Positions 52,081 through 64,000 of a DNA stretch of 64,000 nucleotides are shown here, in pieces (within the stretch, counting starts at the first letter, position 1; each line of letters opens with the position of its first letter). The translations under genes and the position numbers were made by a program. The notes under the pieces are model-generated. The model did not search any database. It was not told the DNA's origin and saw only the letters and a program-made list of their open reading frames with translations. The DNA is from Octopus vulgaris (Eukaryota): assembly GCA_951406725.2 (NCBI GenBank), contig OX597830.1, forward strand, positions 8,990,001 through 9,054,000, given 5' to 3'.

Positions 52081-53177
52081 AGCACATTTTATATTAAGTT
52101 ATATAATGATAATACTACTAATAATAACTATAATAATAATAATAAAAATAATTTGTTTTTCAATGATTTCTTTCATAAGAAAGAAGAAAAAGAATGATGA
52201 GGATAATGATAATATAATTAATTATAATAAAGATGTTTATTATATAATGATAATGAAAATAATATCAATAATAATGGTTTCAAATTTTTGGCACAAGGCC
52301 AGCAATTTTGGGGAAGTGGAGTAAGTCTGTTACATGAACCCCAGTGCTCAACTGGTACTTATTTTACTGACCATGGGAGGATGAAGGGTAGAGTTGACCT
52401 TGGTGGAATTTGAACTCAGAACGTAAATGTAGACAGAAACACTGCTAAGTTTTTTGTCCAGCATGCTAACGACTCTGCCAACTCTCTAATAATAATAATA
52501 ATAACAATAATAATAATAATGATGATGATAACTAGGATAATAATGGATAATGATGATGATGGCAATGATGATGAAGATAGTGGTGTTGATGATGATGATG
52601 ATGACTACGTAATGATAATTACAAGAACAATAATGCCAACAAGAAGCGAAACGTGAACTACATTGGCACTGCTACGGTGCCACCACCGTCGCTGCTACTG
52701 ATACCACTGTCCCACCACTGCAACTGACACCAACAATGATGATGATGGTGATGGTGATAGTGTGATGGTAGAGATGATGGTGGTGATAGTAGCAGTGATG
52801 GTATGTACATGTTGGTGGTTGTGGTGGTGTTGATGGCTTGGCGGAGGTAGTGATTGTGTTGGTAGCAGTAGTGGTAGTGGTGGTGGTAGTCGTTGTCATA
52901 GTGATGCTGGGGGTGCTGATGGTGTCAATGTTGCCAGCATGTTAAAAGAGAGAGAAAATGTTTCCCCTTCATCTAACATCAAAGATTCGCATTATGGAAA
53001 TACCTGTGCATATTTATTGCTCGATGTTATATAATGCCCACTTCTCCTTAAGGGGACATTAAATGAAGAACTATTAACCAAATTCAGAGATCCCAAAAAA
53101 GAGAAAATGGGAAAATGTTGAAAAACTGAAATCAAATTTTGAAGGGAAACAAGAATTTTTAGTGTTTTACTAAATAT

Positions 53178-53409
53178 TTATTTCTTTATTGCTCACAGGG
53201 CGCTAAACATAGAGGGGACAAACAAAGACAGACAGGGGAATAAGTCGAATATATCGACCCCAGTGCGCAACTGGTACTTATTTAATCGACCCTGAAAGGA
53301 TGAAAGGCAAAGTCGACCTCGGTGGAATTTGAACTCAAGATGTAACGGCAGATGAAATACTGCTAAGCATTTCGCCCCTCGTGCTAATGATTCTACCAGC
53401 TCACCACCT
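53178..53409 (-). mobile_element. Full-length SINE family B with a 15-bp TSD
   Basis: TGTTTTACTAAATAT at 53163-53177 and 53410-53424 flanks the element. Confidence 0.9.
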
Positions 53410-53867
53410 TGTTTTACTAAATATCATCATCATCATTTAATATCCACTTTTCCATGCATGGATGGTGGTTGGATTGAATTTATTGAGGCAGATTTTCTAT
53501 GGGTGAACGCTCTTCCTGTCAATAACCTTCGCTTGTTTCCAGAGATGTTTTCATGGTAGATTGGAAATGAAGCATACTGCTTGCATAATGGCGAGATTCA
53601 TTTACAACCATCATGGCTGTGTGGTTAGGGAGCTTGCTTCCTAGCTACATGGTTTCGGGTTCAGTCCCACTGCGTGGCACTTTGGGCAAGTGTCTTCTGC
53701 TATAGCCTCGAGCCGACCGAAGCTTTGTGATTGAATTCGGCAGGCGGAAGTTACTGCCGTGTGTGTATATGTGCGTGTAGGTGCTTGTGCCTCTCCGAAA
53801 GAGAGAGAGAGAGGGATATGAAGTCAAGGCAAAAAGACAGTAATACACACATACACACACACACACA

Positions 53868-54670
53868 CACGAGGTATACTTGAAAAGTTCTGCGACTTTG
53901 CAAGGCACAGTTATACCTGTCCTAGATCATTGCAATTTTAGTATATCCTCTAATAATCTGACTTGCCAACTTTTAGTATTCTAGACTAAAGGAGGTGGCT
54001 ATAACAGCACTTTGAACACACCCTACTAAACACTGTTTTTCATAGCAAACTAGTTTGCAGAATGCAATTCGGACGTGAAGATAACTTGGAAGCTTGCAAT
54101 GCAATAAAGTCTTGAATTAAACTTGGTACAGATGCTACAAAAACAGACTGATTATAGATTAACCTGTATGAGCGAAGCACCTGTTTGTTGCTGGTACAAG
54201 GGGCCATACAAAGCAAGTCCACTGTGAAGCTTATGATGATTCCCTTTTTTGGTAGCAATTCCCTTTTTCATCAATATTCATGGGATGGAAGAGATTTCAT
54301 CGCAAAAGGCCAGAGCGCCAGTGCCAAGACAATGCATCAGTTCACAATTCCATCTTGGTAACTAACTACTTGGACAAAGATAGGCATCAAAACTGGCCCT
54401 TACTCTCTTTACTGTCCAGATCTTGCTCTTTATGATTTGGGTTTGTCCTCCAAGCAGAAGGAGGACTTCAGTGGCAATTGTCTTGGAGACACTGAGAGAA
54501 TGATGGAGACTGTGACAAGGGCCCTGGACACTTTCCCTAAGAAAGACTTTCAAGGAGAGCTTTGAAGAAAGAGAACCCTACTTTGAAGAAAATAAGAATT
54601 CTGTACTTCTTTCAAATTAATAACCGCCTCACCTGAAAATTCTCAAAATTTCTAGAATGCATTTTGTGTA
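53868..54670 (+). pseudogene. Heavily decayed, internally deleted mariner element
   Basis: The start ACGAGGTATACTTGAAAAGTTC is TIR-like. Remnant peptides are NAIKS*IKLGTDATKT, CMSEAPVCCWYK, PYSLYCPDLALYDLGLSSKQKE and MMETVTRALDTFPKKDFQG. Confidence 0.75.
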
Positions 54671-54730
54671 TGTGTATGTATGCAGATGTGTGTAGGTGTG
54701 TGTGTGTGTAGGTGTGTGTGTGTGTGTGTA

Positions 54731-54980
54731 TTTTGTTGTGTCTTGGGGGAGTCATTATGCCAAGATTAACTCACACACTGGTTCAATTTCACTCCTTTAT
54801 TATTAGTCAGTTGGTTAAATATCAAACTAACTAACTGATTGTTTAACATGGTCAACCAAGTTAAACAAACAAACAATTAGTTAGGTATTTAACCAATTGA
54901 CTAATAATATAAGAGTAGAATTGAACCAGTTTGTGTGTGTTAATAATCTTGGCATAATGACTCTCAGAAGATGCAACAAA
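54731..54980. repeat. ~250 bp imperfect palindrome (fold-back/MITE-like)
   Basis: TTTGTTGTGTCTT...GAGTCATTATGCCAAGATT mirrors AATCTTGGCATAATGACTC...AAGATGCAACAAA. Single-arm relatives lie at about 16092-16160 and 28207-28278. Confidence 0.8.
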
Positions 54981-55091
54981 TTTTTTGTTTCAACACAAAA
55001 ATTCAAACCAGATACCAAAACGAAGTGTCTGCCTGTCTATCTATCTATCTATATCTATATATATGTAATATGATATAATATAATACAATAT

Positions 55092-55145
<54 letters not shown>

Positions 55146-56295
55146 ATATGATATAATATACTATAATATAATATCATATATATATATATTTATATATATA
55201 GCTGACTATACAGGGAGATAAGAAGAGGTAAGCAATGAATGAAAAAAAAAGGAGTGCGAATAGTAGAGGAAGAAGATATGCTGAGATAAGGAGAATGGTA
55301 TGAGAATAGTGAAAGAAAATGCTGCTGGCATAGCTAAGTAGTACATAAGGGCTTAATGACAATTAGGAGAAATCATGAAGACTTTCCACAACGAGCAAAA
55401 GTGGAATAAAATTTGAGCTTACATGAGAAGATTATATAAAAGAACCTATTGAGTAACAAAGTATTCTGATGGTGAAGGATAGCATGAGATTTCTTGCAAC
55501 ACAACTTACAAACATGGTTGTTAGAATTATATGGGGAAATGCCACAAACTACAGACCAGGATAAGGTATGGGGAATATTTTGGGACTTGAGGTAAGGAGT
55601 TTATATTCGATGGGTTTCTTCTTTCAGTTTCTATCTATCAAATCCACTCAGAAGGCTTTAGTTGGCCAAGGGCTATAGTGGACACTTGTGCAACGTGTCA
55701 AGTGGTGGGGTTTGAACCAGATATCATGATTACTTCACAATCATATGATTTTAGGTTCAGTCCCAGAGCACAGTGCCTTGGTTAAATGTCCTCTATTATA
55801 AACCCCTTGTGAGTGGATTTTGGTAGATGGAAACTGAAAGAAACCTATCATATATGTATGCATATGTAAGTACATGTGTATGTGTCCTTTTGTTTTGATA
55901 TTGCCTGGTGGTTGTAAACAGACATCACTGTTCTTCATTAGTTCTTCATTTCCAGTCTTCTTAAAAACATATCTGGCCAAGGGGGAAATATTACCTCCCC
56001 TGGAAACAGGCGAGGGTTGATGACAGGAAAGGCATCCAACCAGAGAAAATCTGCCCCAAGAAAGATAAGAAAAGAGATATTAAAATGATAGGGTGTATGT
56101 GTGTGTGTGCATTTGTTCTGCTGGTGGTGCTACATAGGAAGCACTCAGTACACATTGTAAAGTGGTTGGTGTTAGGAAGGGCATCCGACCATAGAAATCA
56201 TGCTAAAGCAAACAGTAGTTTGGCACAGTCTTCTAATTTGCCAGTTCCTGTCAACCCATGGCAGCACAGATGAAGGGCATTAAATGATGATGATG

Positions 56296-56375
<80 letters not shown>

Positions 56376-56380
56376 GAATG

Positions 56381-56748
56381 TGGAGACCCAGTGGTTAGGG
56401 CAGTGGACTCGTGGTCGCAAGATCACGGTTTCAATTCCCAAACTGGGCGTTGCAAGTGTTTATTGAGTGAAAACACCTAAAGTTCCACAAGGCTCTGGGA
56501 GGGGGTGGTGGCAAACCCTGCTGTACTCTTTCACCACAACTTTTTCTCACTCTTTCTTCCTGTTTCTGTTGTACCTGTATTTCAAAGAGGCCTGTCACGC
56601 TCTGTGTCGTGGTGAATCTCCCTGAGAACTACATTAAGGGTACACGTGTCTGTGGAGTGCTCAACCACTTGCACATTAATTTCATGAGCAGGCTGTTCCG
56701 TTGATCCGATCAACTGGAACCCTCGTCGTCATGACCGACAGAGCGCCA
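56381..56748 (+). mobile_element. SINE family D (tRNA-derived head, possibly tRNA-Arg)
   Basis: CCCAGTGGTTAGGGCAGTGGACTCGTGGTC...GGTTTCAATTCCC head. Colinear with 26592-26945. Confidence 0.85.
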
Positions 56749-57889
56749 CATTATATGAATAAACACATGCACTCACACACACACATCTATGTACTCATTC
56801 ACCAACCCACCTACATAAACACACACATATAGACACTCACACACATCTTTTATGTAAAAATCCTGAATATCATTTGTTATAGTAGTGTCTTTCCATCATG
56901 GGAAACTGTTAGAAGCTACTACAACTACTACTACAACACAACCACTACCTTCACAGTAATGACCACAGTTACTACCGCCAACACATTGACAACTTATTAC
57001 AACTACACCACGACTGCCACAACCACCACTAATATATCACTACTAGTACTACTACCATTACTACTACTAGCACCACCACCGCCAACACCACAATTACAAC
57101 TACCAACACCCTGACAATAACTTAATCCCCACCACCTACCTCACCCCACAATAAACTATATCACTACAATAAAACCACTACCACCACCACTGTTAATATC
57201 ATTACTACTACTAATACTACGACTACTACACCCCCCCACCACCCCCGAAAATCTACAAACTACCCCACCCTTCCACCTCCATGCCTCCTCCCCCTCCTGT
57301 TACCACAACTGCTATGACTACTAGTAAACAAGGCAGATGACCTAGAAAATCGTTTACACTGGAGAGGAATGTTGGCCCGCAACCTGTGTTGGTGTGGTGT
57401 CACACCTAGAGCAGGTACATCAACAGAGGAATTTGGGACAGTGTGATACTAAGTGTGGGGTTGGGTACTATATGGCTCCCCCTCTTTCTCCCTCTTTGTA
57501 ATATATATGTATGTGTGTGTATATATGTAGACATATATGTGCGTGAATGTGTTTATATATGTATGCCTATATCTATGTGTGTGTGTGTGTGTGTGCATAT
57601 GTATATATGTGAGCGTTGGGTATGTATAAATGTATGTTTGTATGTGTATATGTATACCTGTGTGTATGTATGTATATATGTGTGTGTGGGTACGTATATG
57701 TGTGTGTGCACATACGTGTGTGTGTGTGTGTGTATGATTATATAATGAGTAAGGTAAATGGAAATTGGATTTGGCAGGAATCTTTATCCAACACAACAAT
57801 TATTCCGACCCCTCCTGCATCTGTCCCTCACAGGTGAATATTGTAGAGCTAGTGGTGTTACATTCATCAATGTAGGCTTCGTCAGGTGT

Positions 57890-58400
57890 GTCATTTAAAT
57901 AAGACACCGCACAACGTCATGGTTTTAAGGTGTGCAAAACCACCTCTTAACCCCTATTGCTCCCAGGTCTACTCTGACCCCAAACAGTGGCACTTGTTAG
58001 GGTCCCAGTCATGGGTTAACCAGCATGTAAACTACACCATCATTGTTTGGCCGTGGTCAAGACAATGGAATTCACAGTCCATCATAGCATTACGGAGGTC
58101 CTGTTGCTGGATGCCTGTATCCCTGGAGATTACATCAGGGTAGGAGAGGGATGTAAACTACAGGGAGAGACGAAACCCTAGTTCTCATTAGAACTTCTTT
58201 TTTAGGAGATGGTAAACTCATACAAGAAGCCCGAAATCCAGTCAATTTGAGGTCATCTCAACCCCTGTTGTGCCTCTGGTTTTACAGTGGATTGTACTGA
58301 AAAGTGAGTTCAGGGCTGTGCAACACTTATACACTCAAAATGGATTCATGTACAAAAACTTCTTGGATTCTTGGAACATTTGCATGGATTTACAGAGTTT
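57890..58400 (+). mobile_element. Possible RTE LINE 5' UTR and endonuclease start remnant
   Basis: TAGGAGATGGTAAACTC resembles RTE 5' UTR sequence, and SWNIC resembles the APE motif TWNVR. Weak. Confidence 0.3.
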
Positions 58401-59830
58401 AAGAAGTCTTCTAACTTGGTTCTGAGCTCACTTCCACCAGCACCTTAAACATATGTATACGTAGGTATATGCATCCATGTATGTGTGTGTATATTATCAT
58501 CATCATTGTTTAACATCTACTTTCCATGCTGTCATGGGTTGGACAGGTTGACTGAGGTCTGGCAAGCCAGGAGGCTGCACCTGGTTCCAATCTGTTCTGG
58601 CAAGGTTTCTACAGCTGGATGCCCTTTCTAATGCCAACCACTCCAAGAGTGTAGTGGGTGATTTTTACGTGCCGGTGGCATGAGGGCCAGTCATGTGGCA
58701 CTGGCATAAAACCATGCCCATATATACATATATATATAGAGAAAGGGGAGAGGGGGAAGGAAGGAAGGAAAAAGGAAGGAAGGAGAAAGGAAGAAAAAAG
58801 GAAGGAAAGAAAAATGAAAGAAAGAAAGAAAGAAAGAAAGGGAGAGATGGTGAGAGCATATCCTTAAGGTACAACATGACTATGACAGAGAAAATAGGGA
58901 CAGAAAAGGTGTGTGTGTTGACTATCAGAATTTGGGACAAACCAGGACTTGCCAGAGACATCTCGGCTGAAGGGGCCCAAGCTTTCAAACAACAAATGAA
59001 CAGGGACTAATTGGCATTCATGCATTTAGAAATGCAGTAAATCAATGATCAGATGGACATATATATATACACACACATATATATCTACTTATATAAAAAG
59101 ATATCTGTGTATAATTAATTAATTTACACCTGCTCAACGATCCCTTATCCCAGCCCACAACCACCATTTCTTTAATGAGCTGAGATACTAATTTTATATA
59201 CCCAACACTGACACACATAACTTACATAGAAACAGTCGTGTGTGTGTATATGTTGCATATATATATATATATACACACACACACAACCATGGATCCAGGT
59301 GTACTCATGAACAGAGACATTTTTTCATACAGACACACACACAATGGACACATACATACACAACGTACACACTTAATATATCCATACATATATGCACACA
59401 AATTCACACACGTGATCACAGAAATCTCATCACACACACACATACACACATTGATTATGCCATATCCTCCATCACCACACACACACACTTAGCATGCATC
59501 AATGAGGGAGCCTAGACACACTCAATCTACTAGAAATAGCAGCAAAACGTTCCTCAAGTCACACACGACGAGTTTTAACAAAATTACAATGAAGAACAAG
59601 AGGTATGATACTGGCGGGAAAAAGACAGGGTGGTCAGAGTTAGAATGGCTTACACTTCATAGATTTTCTGTTGGATAAAGGTCGACCTAGGGTTAGAAAC
59701 ACAACAGCAACACACACACACACTATACATAGGCATACACGCAACAGTACACAACTAAGCAATCTTTCACATGCAACAATGAACAATTACACACACATAT
59801 ATGAATATACACAAACATATATATATATGT

Positions 59831-59997
59831 AGGAGTGGCTGAGTGGTAAGTAGATTGCTTACCAACCACATGGTTCCACGTTCAGTCCTACTGCGTGGCA
59901 CCTTGGGCAAGTGTCTTCTACTATAGCCTCGGGTCGACCAAAGCATCGTGAGTGGATTTGGTAGACGGAAACTGAAAGAAGCCTGCTGCATGTATAT

Positions 59998-60033
<36 letters not shown>

Positions 60034-60240
60034 GTATGTATATATTGGTGTTTGTCTGTGTTTGTCCCCCCACCATCGTTTGACAACCGATGTTGGTGTG
60101 TTCACGTACCCTAGTAGTTCAGTAAAGAGGCCGATAGATTAAGTACTAGGTTTACAAAGAATAAGTCCTGGGGTCGGTTTGCTCGACTAAAAGGCGGTGC
60201 TCCAGCATGGCCACAGTCAAATGACTGAAACAAGCAAAGA
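59831..60240 (+). mobile_element. SINE family A, full length, low divergence
   Basis: Complete head, core, microsatellite and tail with many CpGs retained. Confidence 0.9.
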
Positions 60241-60381
60241 AAGAACAGATACACACACACACACGTGTATGCAAACACATACATACAGGCACATGTTTTA
60301 AGCCGGTCAGCTGATATGATCACTGGAAATATGTAACCCCCCCCGCCACCTCCGAGACACACATACACCAGAATGCGGGTC

Positions 60382-60395
60382 GTTGCCATAACAAC
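60382..60395. promoter_or_regulatory. RFX X-box GTTGCCATAACAAC in a small CpG-containing patch with a GC-box and an E-box
   Basis: CAGCTG and CCCCGCC lie within 80 bp upstream, in non-repeat sequence. Confidence 0.4.
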
Positions 60396-60680
60396 AGAAT
60401 AAAGAATAGAGATTAAGTTATATAATTATCTTCCCACCACCAATCACACACACACACACACACACACACACGAATGTTTGCTTTTGTGTGTAATTATACA
60501 AAGAAAACTGTCAAACATTAATTGAAGGCGGTTCACTTGATAGACTGAAGTTGATTATCATGTTTGCTTTTGCCACAAAAAGGTTGACAGTGACTTCGAA
60601 GTTTTTGTTGTTTTGTTGGCTTTACCAGACGGTCAAACAAAGCAAATGGACAGTACAACTTCTCAGTCATTGTCTTTGTA

Positions 60681-61362
60681 ACTTTGCCATTCATCCTTTC
60701 GGGGGTCGATAAATTAAGTACCAGTTGCATACTGGGGTCAGTCTAATCGACTGGTCCCCTCCCCCAAAATTTTGGGTCTTGTGCCTAGAGTAGAAAAGAA
60801 TATTTTAAAGCAGCGAGCTGGCAGAAGCATTAGCATGCCAGACGAAATGCTTAGCAGTATTTCGTCTGCCGTTACGTTCTGTGTTCAAATTCCGCTGAGG
60901 TTGACTTTGCCTTTCATCCTTTCGGGGTCAATAAATTAAGTACCAATTGCAGACTGGAGTCAATCTAATCAACTGGCCCCCTTCCCAAAATATTCGGGCC
61001 TTGTGCCTAGAGTAGAAAAGAACATTTTAAGGTGGTGAGCTGTCAGAAATGCTAGAATGCTGGGCAAAATGCTTAGCGGTATTTCGTCGTCATTCATCTG
61101 CTGTTACGTTCTGAGTTCAAATCCTGCTGAGGTCGACTTTGCATTTCATCCTTTCAGGATCGATAAATTAAGTACCAGTTATGCACTGGGGTTGATGTAA
61201 TCGACTTAATCCGTTTGTTTGTCCTTGTTTGTCCCCTCTGTGTTTAGCCCCTTGTGGGTAATAAAGGAATAGGTATTTCATCTGTCATTACATTCTGAGT
61301 TCAAATTCCTCTGAGGTTGACTCTCTAAAACTTTCAGGCTTTGTGCCTAGAGTAGAAAAGAT
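60681..61362 (+). mobile_element. Head-to-tail array of four SINE family B units
   Basis: GTGCCTAGAGTAGAAAAGAA.ATTTTAA junctions about 221 bp apart. Confidence 0.85.
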
Positions 61363-61611
61363 TATCATTGTAAAGATATGTGTGTGTGTGATTGTGTGTG
61401 GATGGTGAACTTCTTTCAGCTTTTATTTATCAAATCCACCGAAGGGGCTTTAGTTGGTTTGAGGTTGTTGTAAAAGACACTAGTCCAAGGTGCCATGTAG
61501 TGGGACTGAACCAAACATGATGTTGTTGGGAAGCTAACTTCTTGCTACATAACCATGCCTGCATCTACACACACACACATACACACACACACACACATTT
61601 ATTTTTTTTAT

Positions 61612-61809
61612 TTGCTTCAGTCATTTGACTGTGGCCATGCTGGAGCACCGCCTTTAGTCAAACAAATTGACCCCAGTACTTATTCTTTTGAAGCCTAGTA
61701 CTTATTTTATTGGCCACTTATCCCGAACTGCTAAGTTAAGGGGACTTAAACACACCAACATCGGTTGTCAAGTGATGGTGGGGCTGACAATCACATACAC
61801 AAATACATG

Positions 61810-61845
<36 letters not shown>

Positions 61846-62010
61846 CACATATATACGACGAGCTTCCTTCAGTTTCTGTCTCAAATCCACTCACATGGCT
61901 TTGGTCGGCCTTAGGTTATAGTAGACAACATTTGCCCAAGGTAGCATGCAGGGGGACTGAATCTGGAACCATGTGGTTGAGAAGCAAACTTCTAGCCACA
62001 AAGACACACT
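61612..62010 (-). mobile_element. SINE family A copy
   Basis: Family A motifs. Confidence 0.85.
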
Positions 62011-62024
62011 TGCACCACTACACA

Positions 62025-62061
<37 letters not shown>

Positions 62062-62298
62062 GAAATTATATACTTGATAATACCTGTATATACCATTTGG
62101 TGGTGTAGGTGGCGGAGTAAATATAAAAACATGATGCTAAGATTCACGGCATATGTTTCGGCCTTTATTAGACATTGAGAGAAGAACGAGATGGACGCTT
62201 CATTTTATGCTGTTGCCGCATTATGTCGTACGCGATAGAGGATTTGCATCCCAACCAAGAATTTTTTATGTAATACATGTCCTTGTTGAAGTTGTTGT

Positions 62299-62371
62299 GC
62301 GGTGAAGAAGGCCACAGACATACATTATGCATTGTTATAAATCCTAATAAAGGCCCGAACATATGTACCGC
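62299..62371 (+). ncRNA. Degenerate minimal hammerhead motif inside an inverted-repeat cassette
   Basis: GCGG-TGAAGA-A-GGCC(loop)GGCC-CGAAC-ATAT-GTA-CCGC. The inverted arm preserves GGCC-GAAAC-ATAT-G. Confidence 0.55.
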
Positions 62372-62502
62372 TGAATCCTTGGCATCATGTTTTATTTTGA
62401 TTATATATATATATAGACGATAAGAAAATGGAGGAAAAATAACAAATAAGAAGTGTGTCTTTTGTGCTCGGAAGCCATTATTTAATTAGTTAAGGAAGGT
62501 GA

Positions 62503-62547
<45 letters not shown>

Positions 62548-63252
62548 GATGCTCTTTTATCAAAGAAATATGACCTTACTGCAGTACTACTATATATTAA
62601 TATAAGATGATATCTTGTGTCAAAGATCAAACTTCTGACAAGACACAGCCATGTACTGGTATACACCATACTCATATATACGTTGAGTCCTTTATTGAGC
62701 TTTGGTCATCACAATGATTAGGGTCATGACTGAGGTGATCAAAGCAAAAGTACATGAGATTCACCCAAATGTGAAAGGTGTGTGGGTTACTCATTGCTGG
62801 ATTTAACAAGCAGTTTTCTTAATGAAGTTATTCCAGGTAATCATGCGAGGTAACTTGGGCAAGGGTCTTCAACTATAGCCTTAGGACAACAAAAGCTTTT
62901 TGAGTGGATTTGGTAGATGGAAACTAAAAGAAGCCTGTCATATACATTTATGTGTGTGTGTCTTTCACTATCACTTGAAAACCTGTGTTGATGTGTTTAC
63001 ATTCATATAACTTAGCAGATTGGCAAAAAGAGACTGATAGATTAAGTATCAGGCTTAAAAAAAACAAAAAAAAGGAACTTGAGTCGATTCATTTACCAAA
63101 AATTCTTCAAGGCGGTGCCCCTGCATGGTTGCAGTTTAATGAAGGAAACTATGAAAAAGGTAAAAGATAAGGCTATTAGTTTTATTTGGGTGCCCAGACA
63201 TGTCGGAGGGAGGTAGAATGAAGGAAATGGCTTAAGGTATGTATGAATAAAA

Positions 63253-63482
63253 GGCGGTGAGCTGGCAGAAACGTTAGCACCCTGGGCGAAATGTGTAGCC
63301 ATATTTCGTCTGCCATTACGTTCTGAGTTCAAATTCCGCTGAGGTCGACTTTGTCTTTCATCCTTTCGGGGTCAATAAATTAAGTACCAGTAACGCACTG
63401 GGGTCGATATGATCGACTTAATCTCTTTGTCTGTCCTTGTTTGTCCTCTCTGTGTTTAGCCCCTTGTGGGTAGTAAAGAAAT
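63253..63482 (+). mobile_element. Full-length SINE family B (MetaSINE-like) with an 18-bp TSD
   Basis: AGGTATGTATGAATAAAA (63235-63252) and AGGTATATATGAGTAAAA (63483-63500). Core GAGGTCGACTTTG.CTTTCATCCTTTCGGGGTC.ATAAATTAAGTACCAG. Confidence 0.9.
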
Positions 63483-63701
63483 AGGTATATATGAGTAAAA
63501 CCTGGATGCTGCCCCATGATAATACGTGTGCTCATTCATCAGTCTTCATCTGAGACTTTTTGGTAAAGCACGAGGTGATTTTAGGAACCGTACCCTACCC
63601 AAGCTATTTTCCAGATGTGGTAGCAGCAGACTAACTTTTTAATTCCCAAATCTGAAATCCAGTTTGTCAGTACCACATAAAATATATTTAATACACTTTG
63701 T

Positions 63702-63996
63702 GAAGGCAGATGGCTCAGTGGTTAGAGCATCAGGCTTACAATCACGAGGTAGTGAGTTCAATTCCTAGACCAGGCAGTATGTGTTGTGTTCTTGAGCAAG
63801 ACACTTTATTTCATGTTGTTCCAGTTCACTCAGCTTTAGAAATGAGTTGTGACATCACTGGTGCCAAGCTGTATTGGCCTTTGCCTTTCCTTTGGATAAC
63901 ATCAGTGGCATGGAGAGGAGAGGCTGGACTTGTGCCTTGGAGAGAAATTTTCTAGGTGCAACCCCATGGTCACTCATGACCGAAGGGGGTCTTTAC
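63702..63996 (+). mobile_element. SINE family C copy
   Basis: A-box TGGCTCAGTGG, B-box GAGTTCAATTC, core GTGTTGTGTTCTTGAGCAAGACACTTT. Confidence 0.88.
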
Positions 63997-64000
63997 ACAT

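Noticed and set aside
62699-62745. Imperfect 47-nt hairpin
   Set aside because: Too short and G-U-rich for a pre-miRNA, and no ribozyme core on either strand.
63702-63775. tRNA-like sequences with A and B boxes (also 5531, 43894, 56381)
   Set aside because: They are SINE heads continuous with SINE bodies, and the acceptor stems do not close.

Overview
AT-rich eukaryotic genomic DNA, saturated with microsatellites and retroposons. The repeat families (several tRNA-derived SINEs, RTE and Penelope-like remnants) look like those of Octopus or another coleoid cephalopod; this is pattern recognition, not a database result. I see no intact protein-coding gene, rRNA, true tRNA or CRISPR array, and nearly all listed ORFs come from simple repeats or SINEs. 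The window reads as a large intron or intergenic block. It contains a dead mariner transposase (6426-7411) and a second decayed mariner, RTE, CR1, Penelope and Gypsy fragments, a young non-autonomous Helitron, a Helentron/DINE-1-like element carrying a Gypsy-integrase fragment, a fold-back Tc1/mariner element built from two 3' ends, and more than 50 SINE copies. The most interesting signal is a dispersed set of about nine minimal hammerhead-ribozyme-like motifs, mostly in (TA)n-flanked Penelope-type repeats. These include a four-copy family with a non-canonical catalytic core (U or C instead of A6) and two cassettes whose inverted arms each carry half a hammerhead. Three strong RFX X-boxes and a few weak candidate exons hint at a host gene that cannot be identified from this window.
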